From Eubacteriales bacterium (GTDB taxonomy: Bacteria; Bacillota; Clostridia; Oscillospirales; CAG-272): a DNA stretch of 47,938 nt. Location: the NCBI GenBank assembly GCA_045576095.1, contig JAZNFP010000054.1, forward strand, positions 1-47,938, written 5' to 3'. The notes under the pieces are model-generated. The model was given only the letters and a program-made list of their open reading frames with translations, did not search any database and was not told the DNA's origin. Position numbers and translations under genes: made by a program. This document shows, piece after piece, positions 17,020 through 26,153 of this stretch. Position 1 is the first letter of the stretch; each line of letters begins with the position of its first letter.

Positions 17020-18185
17020 TGAAGCAGATCAAGACTCTGAACGCGATCAGCCCGATCGTCGGCGATATTCTCGGCGAGGGCTATGCCATCGCAAACGACG
17101 CCGAAAAGCCCGTCGGTATCCTTCTCCGTTCCTTTGATATGCATACCTACGCGCTCGACGCCGAAACGGTTGCCGTTGCAAGAGCCGGCGCGGGCACCAA
17201 CAACATCCCCGTCAAGGAGTTCGCGGAGGCGGGCGTCGTCGTTTTCAACACCCCCCGTGCCAACGCCAACGCCGTTAAGGAGCTCGCGATCGCCGCGATG
17301 CTCATCGGCGCGAGAAACATCGTCGAGGCAAACCGCTGGGTCGATACCCTCGCGGGTCAGGGCGATGCCGTCGGAAAGCTGGTTGAGAAGGGCAAGAGCA
17401 GCTTTGCGGGAACCGAGCTTCTCGGAAAAACGCTCGGCGTGATCGGACTTGGCGCGATCGGCACTCTCGTTGCCAATGCTGCGGTCGATCTCGGAATGCA
17501 GGTTGTCGGATACGACCCCTACCTCTCGGTCGATGCAGCTCTTCGCCTTTCCTCAAGCGTCAAAATCGAGCGCGAGCTTACCGCTCTGCTCGGCAAGTGC
17601 GACTTCGTCACGCTGCATATCCCCTACATCCCCGATCAGAACAAGAATCTCTTTAATACCGAGCTGATTGCGAAGATGAAGGACGGCGCGATCCTGATCA
17701 ACTGCGCACGCGGCGAGATCGTTTCGGCGACCGACGTCAAGGCGGCGCTCGAGAGCGGAAAGCTCCGCCGCTACGTCGTTGACTTCCCGTCCGATGCCCT
17801 GATCGGCGCAAAGGGAGTCGTTGCGATCCCCCATCTCGGCGCTTCGACCGAGGAGGCTGAGGAGAACTGTGCGGTCATGGCGGCAAGACAGCTGCGCGAC
17901 TACATTGAAAACGGGAACGTCATCAACAGCGTGAACTACCCGAATTGCACCATGCCCCGTACCACCGCAAACCGTCTCGTGATTCTGCATAAGAACACGC
18001 ACGGCATTCTCGCCGAGATCACGGGTGCCGTCGGCCGCGAGGGCATCAATATCTCAAATCTCACCAACCAGAGCAAGGGTGACTTTGCCGTGACGATCCT
18101 CGACATCGACGCGCAGGTTTCAAGCGCTGCAATCGAGCACATCGAGGGCGTCGAGAACGTTATTCGCGTCCGCGTGATCGCCTGA
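17019..18185 (+). CDS. serA: D-3-phosphoglycerate dehydrogenase with C-terminal ACT domain
   Basis: ARAGAGTNN, GLGAIG, N.ARG, PHLGAST.EAE; coupled to serC. Confidence 0.93.
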   Translation: MKQIKTLNAISPIVGDILGEGYAIANDAEKPVGILLRSFDMHTYALDAETVAVARAGAGTNNIPVKEFAEAGVVVFNTPRANANAVKELAIAAMLIGARNIVEANRWVDTLAGQGDAVGKLVEKGKSSFAGTELLGKTLGVIGLGAIGTLVANAAVDLGMQVVGYDPYLSVDAALRLSSSVKIERELTALLGKCDFVTLHIPYIPDQNKNLFNTELIAKMKDGAILINCARGEIVSATDVKAALESGKLRRYVVDFPSDALIGAKGVVAIPHLGASTEEAEENCAVMAARQLRDYIENGNVINSVNYPNCTMPRTTANRLVILHKNTHGILAEITGAVGREGINISNLTNQSKGDFAVTILDIDAQVSSAAIEHIEGVENVIRVRVIA

Positions 18186-18194
18186 ACCGAGAAG

Positions 18195-18243
18195 GGACTG
18201 TCTCAAATGCAATTCGCACTTGAGACAGTCCTCTTCCTTTTTT
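18195..18243 (+). terminator. Terminator or REP-like hairpin after serA (copy 1 of the CTGTCTCAAA repeat)
   Basis: GGACTGTCTCAA...TTGAGACAGTCC followed by a T-rich tail. Confidence 0.75.
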
Positions 18244-18268
18244 ACGGTGCCGTTTTTTCCGAATGTGA

Positions 18269-18297
18269 TTGACATTTTTCGGTTTGAGTGTTAGAAT
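18269..18297 (+). promoter_or_regulatory. Sigma-A promoter
   Basis: TTGACA-17-TAGAAT with TG extension. Confidence 0.75.
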
Positions 18298-18347
18298 ATT
18301 GAAATAAGAGATACTGTCAAACAATTTCATTCATAAGGAGAAAAACC

Positions 18348-19607
18348 ATGGGATACTTAACGCTTGGAATTTTGGGCTTTACTGCGATTGCCCTGCTCTT
18401 CGGGATGCTCGTCGGATGCCTGCGCGGCAGAAACCGCGCGTTGCTCCGTCTGGCGCTTCTGGTACTGACGGTCGCGCTTGCCTTTGCGCTTCGCCCGATT
18501 GTTTGCGATACCGTTCTCGGGCTTGAGGTTTCGCTTGACGGCACGACGCAAACGGTTCGCGCCTTCATCGGCAATACGCTCGCCGATGCCTTCGAGGGCG
18601 AGACGCCCGAGGCTCTGGAGAATCTTTGCCTTGCCCTTGCCGAGATCGCGGTTGGGCTCGTTGCCTTCTTCCTGCTCTTTATCGTAATCCGCCTCATTTC
18701 GTGGCTGATCATCTTCCCCATCCTCAAGATCTTCGTCAAGAAGGGCAAAAAGCGCCGCCGCGGCATCGGAGCTCTCGTCGGGCTTTTGCAGGGAGCACTG
18801 ATCGCCTTCGTCGTTTGTGCGCCGATCACGGGACTGATCGTGCAGACCGACAAGCTCTCAAAGGTGGAAATGGACGGGAAGCCCCTTTTTGAAATTCCCG
18901 AGGAAGTCGGAGTCGGCGAGTATCTTGCCTCTGCCCCCGGCGGAGCCTATCAAAAGGCGGGCGGATGGTTCTTTAATCTGCTCACCTCGACCAAGTCGCA
19001 AACCGGAACCAAGGTTTCGATCGAGGATGCCTGCGACGTCATCTCGGCAACGGGCACGATCCTAAGCAAGACCGAGCAGCTGACCGACAGCCTCGGCGGT
19101 ATCACGGCAGAGGATGCAACGCCCGAGGAACGCATCGACGCTCTCAAGGGCGTTGGAGATACCCTGATTGAGATTGGCGAATCGATTGACAGCCTCTCGG
19201 GAGATGCCAAGGATCTTGCCGAGGATCTGATCGGCTCGCTTGCCACCTCCCTTGGCGGCGAGGGCTCCGAGCTCCCCCCCGAGGTTTCCGAGCTGCTTGA
19301 GGAGCTTGATTTTGACGAAATGGATCTTGCGGCGGCAGGAGAAGCCGTGAATTCGATCGCCTCGGTCATCGAAAAGGACGGCGCCGAGCCGATCACCGCG
19401 GCGGAAGCGAGCTTGATCGTTAACGGCGTTGCCAAAAATGACTTCCTGCTCGACCTCATCCCCACCGACGGCGACGAGATTCCGACGCTGATCGAGTTGC
19501 CCGATGCCGATGCGGCAACCGTCGAAAGTGCCATCTCGTCGAGCACGCTCTCCGAGGAGCATAAGGATCTGCTCCGTACCCTGCTCGGCATTTCGCCCCT
19601 CGCCTGA
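18348..19607 (+). CDS. CvpA-like membrane protein with a long acidic helical C-terminal region
   Basis: G.LRG..RALLRL N-terminus, RRGIGALVGLLQG motif, four TM helices. Confidence 0.7.
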   Translation: MGYLTLGILGFTAIALLFGMLVGCLRGRNRALLRLALLVLTVALAFALRPIVCDTVLGLEVSLDGTTQTVRAFIGNTLADAFEGETPEALENLCLALAEIAVGLVAFFLLFIVIRLISWLIIFPILKIFVKKGKKRRRGIGALVGLLQGALIAFVVCAPITGLIVQTDKLSKVEMDGKPLFEIPEEVGVGEYLASAPGGAYQKAGGWFFNLLTSTKSQTGTKVSIEDACDVISATGTILSKTEQLTDSLGGITAEDATPEERIDALKGVGDTLIEIGESIDSLSGDAKDLAEDLIGSLATSLGGEGSELPPEVSELLEELDFDEMDLAAAGEAVNSIASVIEKDGAEPITAAEASLIVNGVAKNDFLLDLIPTDGDEIPTLIELPDADAATVESAISSSTLSEEHKDLLRTLLGISPLA

Positions 19608-19653
19608 GGACGGCAAAGAAAATCAACACGGTCATACCGAAAGGAGAACGAAG

Positions 19654-20148
19654 ATGAAGCGCAAGGACTATATTTCCTGGGACGAGTACTTTATGGGGGT
19701 TTCCCTGCTTGCGGCAGGGCGCTCAAAGGATCCCGGAACACAGGTCGGTGCCTGCATCGTTGACGCAAATAACCGCATCCTTTCGACCGGGTATAACGGA
19801 TTTCCCTATGGGTGCTCGGACGACGAGTATCCCTGGGCACGCGAGGGTGCGTGTGCTTCCGAGACGAAGTATCCCTTCGTCGTGCACGCCGAGCTCAACG
19901 CCATCCTCAATGCAAGCGGAAAATCTCTCGCGGGAGCGCGGCTTTACGTCGGGCTCTTCCCCTGCAACGAATGCGCCAAGGCGATCATTCAGTCGGGGAT
20001 CCGCGAGGTCATCTATCTCTCGGACAAATATGCAGATACCGAAATGACCCGTGTCTCGCGCCGTATGCTGACGGCAGCCGGCGTCAAGCTCACGCAGATG
20101 AAGCCGACGCGCGAGGCGATCACGCTGAATTTTCGCGTGGATAAGTAA
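19654..20148 (+). CDS. dCMP deaminase (ComEB-like)
   Basis: SWDEYFMG, RSKDP.TQVGACIV, GYNG, HAELNAI, PCNECAK; RBS AAGGAG. Confidence 0.95.
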   Translation: MKRKDYISWDEYFMGVSLLAAGRSKDPGTQVGACIVDANNRILSTGYNGFPYGCSDDEYPWAREGACASETKYPFVVHAELNAILNASGKSLAGARLYVGLFPCNECAKAIIQSGIREVIYLSDKYADTEMTRVSRRMLTAAGVKLTQMKPTREAITLNFRVDK

Positions 20149-20165
20149 GCTGCATCCATCCGAGA

Positions 20166-20205
20166 GGGGAGCGTTGCCGCATGAGCGGCAATGCCCCCTT
20201 ATTTT
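20166..20205 (+). terminator. Intrinsic terminator
   Basis: GGGG-A-GCGTTGCCGC-atga-GCGGCAATGC-CCCC followed by TTATTTT. Confidence 0.65.
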
Positions 20206-20245
20206 AGTCCACTCACTCATTTGACGGAATCTATTTGAAAATAAC

Positions 20246-22066
20246 ATGAAAAAAAACAATCGAACCCCCTCCGAAAACGGCGCGATGCTCGCCCGCTTCC
20301 TGCACGGAAGCCTGCATCATTTTGCGCTCGCCCTCGTCTTCGTCGTTTTCGCAACGCTGCTTGAGATGATCACGCCGAAGATCATCACCTTTACGGTTGA
20401 CTCGGTGATCGGAAGCGAGAAAGCCGAGCTTGCGCCTCCCGTTGCGGCTCTGATCGACCGCGTCGGCGGCATTGGGAGACTCAGAAGGAACCTGCTTGTA
20501 CCCGCCCTTGCGGTCGTTGCCGTTTCGCTCCCCGCCGTCATCCTTCGCTATCTCTTCCGCGTTGAGAACGCCAAGGGCGCCGAGCGTCTTGTCAAGACGA
20601 TGCGAGATACCCTCTTTGACAAGCTCATGCATCTGCCGATCTCCTGGCATATGCAGAACAAAACCGGTGACGTCATTCAGAGATGCACCTCCGACGTCAA
20701 CACCGTCATGCGTTTTCTCTCCGAGCAGCTGACCTCGATCATCCGCACGGTAATTCTCGTCTCGCTCGGACTCACCTTTATGTTCCGCATGCACGTGGGT
20801 CTTTCGATCGCGGCAACCGTCTTTATCCCGATCATTATTCTCTATTCGGCGCTCTTTCACAGACGCATCAGCCGACACTTTCTCGAGGTTGACGAGAGCG
20901 AGAGCCGCCTCTCCGCCGTCGTACAGGAGAACATCTCGGGCATCCGCGTCGTGCGCGCCTTCGGCCGCGAATCGACCGAGCGCGAGAAGTTCAAGGCCGC
21001 AAATCAAGAGTTTGCCCATCTGAACTCCCGACTTTCCCGTCTCTTTTCGGCGTTCTGGGGAATCGGCGATCTGATCTCGGGATTGCAGGTTATGATCATC
21101 ATCGCGCTCGGCGTCCTCGCCGCAAATCAGGGCGAGCTGACGGCGGGCGAGTTCATCGCCTTTATCTCCTATAACGCGATGCTGATCTGGCCGATCCGCT
21201 CGCTCGGCCGCGTCATCTCGGAAATGAGCAAGGCGGGCGTCTCCTTTGAGCGCCTTGCCTATCTGATGAATGCCCCCGAGGAGCGCGACCGAGCGGATGC
21301 GCTTGCCGAGCTTCCCCGCGGCGCCGTCGCCTTTGAGGGTGTCTCGTTTGCTTATCCGGGTGCCGAGCCGATCCTAAAGGAGATCAGCTTCCGCGCCGAG
21401 GCGGGTGAGACGATCGGCATCCTCGGCGGAACGGGATCCGGAAAGACAACTCTGATGCAGCTGCTCTGCCGCCTGCTCGAGCTGCCCGAGGGAATGGGCA
21501 GAATAACGGTCGGGGGAGTCGACCTGCGCGACGTCTCTCTCCCCGCGCTTCGCTCGAGCATCGGCATCGTGCTCCAGGAGCCCTTCCTCTTCTCGCGCTC
21601 GCTTGGGGAGAATCTGACGATTGCGCTCGACGAGCCAAACGAAGCAGCACTTGCCGAGGCAACTGCCATCGCGTCTCTTGACGAAGCGATTGCACATTTT
21701 ACCGATGGATTCAAAACGCCGGTCGGAGAACGCGGCGTAACGCTGTCGGGCGGACAAAAGCAGCGCGCGGCAATCGCGCGGATGCTGATGAAGAAAACGC
21801 CGATTCTGATCCTCGACGATTCGCTCTCGGCACTCGACACCGAAACCGATGCAAAAATCCGCGCGGCTCTCACCGACAGGCTCGAGAATGCAACCGTCTT
21901 TCTCATCTCGCACCGTACCTCGACGCTCGCGGGAGCCGACAGAATTCTGGTGCTTGAGGACGGCGCGGTGCGAGAATTCGGTTCTCACCGTGAGTTGATG
22001 CAGAGAGAGGATGGTCTATACCGGCGAATCTATCTGCTGCAAAACAGAGAGGAGGGGGTGATCTGA
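20246..22066 (+). CDS. ABC exporter subunit (TMD+NBD), heterodimer partner 1
   Basis: Six-TM domain, GGTGSGKT, LSGGQKQR, non-catalytic Walker B ILILDD. Confidence 0.92.
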   Translation: MKKNNRTPSENGAMLARFLHGSLHHFALALVFVVFATLLEMITPKIITFTVDSVIGSEKAELAPPVAALIDRVGGIGRLRRNLLVPALAVVAVSLPAVILRYLFRVENAKGAERLVKTMRDTLFDKLMHLPISWHMQNKTGDVIQRCTSDVNTVMRFLSEQLTSIIRTVILVSLGLTFMFRMHVGLSIAATVFIPIIILYSALFHRRISRHFLEVDESESRLSAVVQENISGIRVVRAFGRESTEREKFKAANQEFAHLNSRLSRLFSAFWGIGDLISGLQVMIIIALGVLAANQGELTAGEFIAFISYNAMLIWPIRSLGRVISEMSKAGVSFERLAYLMNAPEERDRADALAELPRGAVAFEGVSFAYPGAEPILKEISFRAEAGETIGILGGTGSGKTTLMQLLCRLLELPEGMGRITVGGVDLRDVSLPALRSSIGIVLQEPFLFSRSLGENLTIALDEPNEAALAEATAIASLDEAIAHFTDGFKTPVGERGVTLSGGQKQRAAIARMLMKKTPILILDDSLSALDTETDAKIRAALTDRLENATVFLISHRTSTLAGADRILVLEDGAVREFGSHRELMQREDGLYRRIYLLQNREEGVI

Positions 22067-23886
22067 TGAAAAACGAGAACCGCTCAAGCGAAACGAAGCT
22101 CCCCTTTTTCGGTATCGGAAGGATCGCCCCCTTTCTTCGTCCCTATATCCCGCGACTGATCGTCATGATCACGCTCGGCATTGCCGGCAGCGCGATCGAC
22201 ATCATCCTGCCGCTCTTTCAGCAATACGCCATCGACAGCTATATCCTCTCGGGTGATCACGGCACGCTGCCCTACTTCGTCCTGCTCTATCTCCTGACAC
22301 TCGTCTCGCAGGTTGCCGTCAACTGCACGACGACCTACACGGCGTCGCGCGTTGAGCTGCTCGTCGGACGGGATCTCAAGGACGCTTGCTTTGATAAGCT
22401 CCAAACCCTTTCCTTCTCCTATTTCAATCAGAACAGCGTGGGATACCTGCACGCGCGCGTGATGAGCGATACGGCGAGAATCGGCGAGCTCGTTTCGTGG
22501 TATATGATGGACGGCATCTGGAACGTCACCTACATCGTCGGCGCGCTTGCCGTCATGTTCTCTCTCGAATGGATCCCCGCGCTTGCGGTGCTGGCGGTTC
22601 TTCCGATCGCGGCGCTGCTCATTACGCTTTGTCAAAGGCGACTTGTGACGATGAACCGTCATTTGCGCGAGCTGAACGGCAAAATCACGGGGAACTACAA
22701 CGAAGGCATCACGGGAGCAAGGACCGTCAAAACCCTCTGCATTGAGGAAAAAATCCTTTCGGACTTCCGAAAAGACAGCGAAAAAATGCGCCGCGCATCG
22801 GTCAGGACCATGCATCTGCGCGCGCTGCTCACCTCCTCGGTCTCCTTCTTTGCCTTTGCGGCGCTTGCAATCGTGCTTCGGTACGGCGGAATGCTAACGC
22901 TCGAAGGTCAAATGCGCCTTGGCACGCTCCAGGTCTTTATGTCCTACGCGCTCGGTATGGTCGAGCCTCTGCAATGGACCATTGACGCGATCTCCGCCCT
23001 CTTTTCGACGCGCGTCAACATCGAACGCGTCACGCGCCTGATGGAAACCGACTCGGACGTGCTCGACTCGCCCGAGGTCATCCGCAAATACGGGGACACC
23101 TTCTCGCCGAGGCGCGAGAATTGGGAGCCCCTTGAGGGAGAGGTTGCCTTCGACGACGTCACCTTCCGCTATCCCGACGGCAAGGAGACGGTGCTTGAGC
23201 ATTTCAGTCTCCATGTGCCAAAGGGCTCTACCGTTGCCATCGTCGGAGAAACGGGTGCCGGAAAGAGCACGCTCGTGAACCTCGTCTGCCGCTTCTACGA
23301 GCCGACGGAGGGACGGGTGCTGATCGACGGACGCGACGCGCGCGAGCGCTCGCAGCTTTGGCTACACTCCTCGATCGGATACGTGCTGCAAACGCCGCAG
23401 CTCTTTTCGGGCAGCGTGCGCGAAAATCTCCTCTACGGGCGCCCCGATGCGACCGATGAAGAAATGATGGCGGCACTGAAGATCGTGCACGCCGACGAAA
23501 TCGTTGCGAAAATGGACAAGGGACTTGACAGCGAGGTCGGCGAGGGGGGAGATCTTCTCTCGACGGGAGAAAAGCAGCTGCTCTCGTTTGCGCGCGCTAT
23601 TTTGGCAAACCCCCGCATCCTGGTGCTTGACGAAGCAACCTCCTCGATTGATTCGGTCACCGAACAGATCATCCAGCGCGCGATCGGACAAATCACGCAG
23701 GGCAGAACGAGCTTCGTCATTGCCCACCGTCTCTCGACGGTGCGCGACGCCGACGTGATCATCGCCGTCAAGGACGGAAAGATCGCCGAGATGGGCACGC
23801 ACAGGGAGCTGATGGAGCGGCGCGGCTATTACCACACGCTATACACAAAGCAATTTGAGCGCGAGAGTGTCGACGCCGTCAAATAA
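22066..23886 (+). CDS. ABC exporter subunit (TMD+NBD), heterodimer partner 2
   Basis: GETGAGKS, degenerate signature LSTGEKQ, ILVLDEATS, IAHRLST. Confidence 0.92.
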   Translation: MKNENRSSETKLPFFGIGRIAPFLRPYIPRLIVMITLGIAGSAIDIILPLFQQYAIDSYILSGDHGTLPYFVLLYLLTLVSQVAVNCTTTYTASRVELLVGRDLKDACFDKLQTLSFSYFNQNSVGYLHARVMSDTARIGELVSWYMMDGIWNVTYIVGALAVMFSLEWIPALAVLAVLPIAALLITLCQRRLVTMNRHLRELNGKITGNYNEGITGARTVKTLCIEEKILSDFRKDSEKMRRASVRTMHLRALLTSSVSFFAFAALAIVLRYGGMLTLEGQMRLGTLQVFMSYALGMVEPLQWTIDAISALFSTRVNIERVTRLMETDSDVLDSPEVIRKYGDTFSPRRENWEPLEGEVAFDDVTFRYPDGKETVLEHFSLHVPKGSTVAIVGETGAGKSTLVNLVCRFYEPTEGRVLIDGRDARERSQLWLHSSIGYVLQTPQLFSGSVRENLLYGRPDATDEEMMAALKIVHADEIVAKMDKGLDSEVGEGGDLLSTGEKQLLSFARAILANPRILVLDEATSSIDSVTEQIIQRAIGQITQGRTSFVIAHRLSTVRDADVIIAVKDGKIAEMGTHRELMERRGYYHTLYTKQFERESVDAVK

Positions 23887-23903
23887 TTTTTTTAAATTGG
23901 GGC

Positions 23904-23932
23904 TTGACAAATCCCGCGTCGCGTGCTACAAT
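23904..23932 (+). promoter_or_regulatory. Sigma-A promoter of the TPP riboswitch-thiT unit
   Basis: TTGACA-17-TACAAT with TG extension. Confidence 0.8.
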
Positions 23933-23954
23933 GCTAACCGAACCGCACAAATGA

Positions 23955-24040
23955 ATACGAGTCAGGGGCGCCAATCGGCTGAGACGGAGAAATCCGGACC
24001 CTTTAACCTGATACGGATAATGCCGTCGTAGGGAGATTTT
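23955..24040 (+). ncRNA. TPP riboswitch aptamer
   Basis: AGGGGCGCC...GGCTGAGA...ACCCTTTAACCTGAT.CGGATAATGCCG.CGTAGGGA consensus upstream of thiT. Confidence 0.95.
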
Positions 24041-24054
24041 CAGTATTGTATATG

Positions 24055-24096
24055 AAAAGAACCGCACGGAGTATCTTCGTGCGGTATCTTTTTCTT
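24055..24096 (+). terminator. TPP riboswitch expression-platform terminator
   Basis: ACCGCACGGAG-tat-CTTCGTGCGGT followed by ATCTTTTTCTT before the thiT RBS. Confidence 0.75.
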
Positions 24097-24110
24097 AAGG
24101 AGGTTCTTTT

Positions 24111-24938
24111 ATGAACCAAGCTTTCTCTCAGAGCGCCCGTCGGACTCGGGCGCTGGTCGAGAGTGCCGTCATGATCTCTCTTGCAACGGTGCTTTCGATC
24201 TTTAAGCTCGCCGAGCTTCCCTACGGCGGCTCGATCACCCTTGCCTCGATGCTCCCGATCCTGCTCGTTGCCTATCGGCACGGCGTGGCCTTCGGCTTTG
24301 GCTCGGGTCTTGTCTACGGCGTTGTCCAGCAGCTTCTGGGACTCAAAAATCTGTCTTACTTTACGTCCTGGCAGTCGATTCTGGCGATCATCCTGCTTGA
24401 CTATCTCGTGGCGTTCGGCGTGATCGGTATTGCCTCACTCTTCCGTCGGCTTCGCGACCGTCGCCTTGCACTGCTTTCGGGAGGACTCGCCGCGTGTCTG
24501 CTTCGCTACGTCTGTCACGTGATTTCGGGGGCAACCGTCTGGGCAGGACTTTCGATTCCGACCGAGGCTGCGCTTGCCTACTCCTTCGTCTATAACGCCA
24601 CCTACATGATCCCCGAGACGGTCGTTTTGCTGCTCGTGCTCGGCTATCTCGCATCGGCGCTTGATTTCACGAGTCCCCTTCCGAGACGCATTGCCGCCGA
24701 GAGCGGAAGCACCGCACCGCTCTATTTCCTTTTCGCGGGGCTTTCCCTGCTCGGCGCACTCGTTTTTGACACCGTTTCGGTTTTCAAGAATATGCAGGAC
24801 CCCGACAGCGGCGAGTTCACCCTCTCCTATCTCGGCGGTATCGACTTTATGATCGTTGGGATCGTCTCGGGCGTGCTCCTTGTCCTCTCGCTCGTGCTCT
24901 TTATCCTCGGTATCAGAAAAAGCCGCAGCAAGAATTGA
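24111..24938 (+). CDS. thiT: ECF transporter thiamine S-component ThiT with a C-terminal extension
   Basis: LVESAVMISLA.VLS, LPYGGSIT, LDYL.AF, RY.CHVISG..VW, YS..YN..YM; lies under a TPP riboswitch. Confidence 0.92.
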   Translation: MNQAFSQSARRTRALVESAVMISLATVLSIFKLAELPYGGSITLASMLPILLVAYRHGVAFGFGSGLVYGVVQQLLGLKNLSYFTSWQSILAIILLDYLVAFGVIGIASLFRRLRDRRLALLSGGLAACLLRYVCHVISGATVWAGLSIPTEAALAYSFVYNATYMIPETVVLLLVLGYLASALDFTSPLPRRIAAESGSTAPLYFLFAGLSLLGALVFDTVSVFKNMQDPDSGEFTLSYLGGIDFMIVGIVSGVLLVLSLVLFILGIRKSRSKN

Positions 24939-24963
24939 CAAAAGCGAAAAATTCGTGTATAAT
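24935..24963 (+). promoter_or_regulatory. Sigma-A promoter of rnpB
   Basis: TTGACA (contains the thiT TGA stop)-17-TATAAT. Confidence 0.85.
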
Positions 24964-24968
24964 AGAGA

Positions 24969-25352
24969 CGTTACCGGGTGGTGCAGTCGCGCGATATTAT
25001 GCCGAAAGGTCGTATCGTGAGGAAAGTCCGGGCTTCATAGGGCAGGATAACGGATAACGTCCGCCGAGGGTGACCTTAGGGAAAGTGCAACAGAGAGATA
25101 CCGCCGTCCTTTGGACGGTAAGGGTGGAAAGGCGAGGTAAGAGCTCACCGAGGCCCATGGTAACATGGGACTCATGTAAACCCTATCCGAAGCAACGCCT
25201 TTGGGAGAGTGGCATTTGCCACGCGGCTGCCCGCCGTTGATTCCCGATGGCGGCAGGAGAATTTCTCCGAGCAGCGCGGAGACGCGCTGCAAAGATAGAT
25301 GACTGCGGCTCACGTTTGTGTTCACAGAACCCGGCTTACAAGCCCGATAACG
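24969..25352 (+). ncRNA. rnpB: RNase P RNA (bacterial type A-like)
   Basis: GAGGAAAGTCCGGGC, GAAAGTGCAACAGA, GGTAAGGGTGGAAAGG...GGTAAGAGC, ACAGAACCCGGCTTA; terminal P1 CGTTACCGGG/CCCGATAACG. Confidence 0.97.
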
Positions 25353-25389
25353 AAAAAGAGAGAGGTTTTTAAAGCCTCTCTCTTTTTTT
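25353..25389. terminator. Bidirectional terminator
   Basis: AAAAAGAGAGAGG...CCTCTCTCTTTTTT. Confidence 0.85.
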
Positions 25390-25402
25390 GAGTGCGTTCG
25401 GC

Positions 25403-26143
25403 TTACCGTCTGCCGCGGCTTCTGCCGCCGCCGCTGCGACCGCCGCCGCCCGAGCCTGCGCTCTGCACGCGAACGCGCGTGACCGAGCTGCCGACGAAGC
25501 GATCCTCACGGCAGGTCAGCTGCAAATTGGCATAGCGATCCAGCGGATAGCTCGCGCCGTGCCGCCTTTTCCGGTAGTGGAGCATCACGCCGAGTGCTGA
25601 GCCGCCGCCCGCAAGGACGGCTGTAACGACACCGACAGCGATTGATACGCCAATGCCGCCGCAGCGCTCACCGGGCTCGTACCAATCCGACGCAATCCGC
25701 GCCTCTGTGATCGTCAAAAAGCGCGCGGCGCCGTCATAGATGCAGCCCATTTTGATCAGTCCGTAAAGGCGCTCGTCGTCAAGAATCTCGTTGCAGGCAC
25801 GGTTCGACAGCACTCTGTCAACGTGCCCGAAGGTAAACAGCTCGTAGGAATAGGTGGAATCGGCACGGTCAACGACGAGCACGACCGCCGAGACTCCGTC
25901 TGTAATACCGCAAATCGATTCAACCGCGGACAGCGGAAGCCGTCGGTTTGCCGTTACGAAATACATCGCGGTACCGTGCCGTTTTTCTCCAAAATTCGAT
26001 CTGAGCTTGCTCTCCTCGTCATCGCTGAGCATCCCGGCGATATCCAGAACGGTAACGCTCCCCGCAGCTTCGGCAGAGACGGAAAGCGCCGACGGAAGAA
26101 GCGTAAGACAAAGGACGAGGGACAATAGTATGATCTTTTTCAT
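25403..26143 (-). CDS. TPM domain membrane protein (YdjH-like)
   Basis: Signal peptide, D.AGMLS.DEE..L, one TM helix, D.FVGSSVTR and a Gly/Ser/Arg-rich tail. Confidence 0.8.
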   Translation of the reverse strand: MKKIILLSLVLCLTLLPSALSVSAEAAGSVTVLDIAGMLSDDEESKLRSNFGEKRHGTAMYFVTANRRLPLSAVESICGITDGVSAVVLVVDRADSTYSYELFTFGHVDRVLSNRACNEILDDERLYGLIKMGCIYDGAARFLTITEARIASDWYEPGERCGGIGVSIAVGVVTAVLAGGGSALGVMLHYRKRRHGASYPLDRYANLQLTCREDRFVGSSVTRVRVQSAGSGGGGRSGGGRSRGRR

Positions 26144-26153
26144 TCTTTCCCCC

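Noticed and set aside
20246-23886. Degenerate Walker B and signature motifs in the ABC pair
   Set aside because: Normal asymmetry of heterodimeric ABC exporters.
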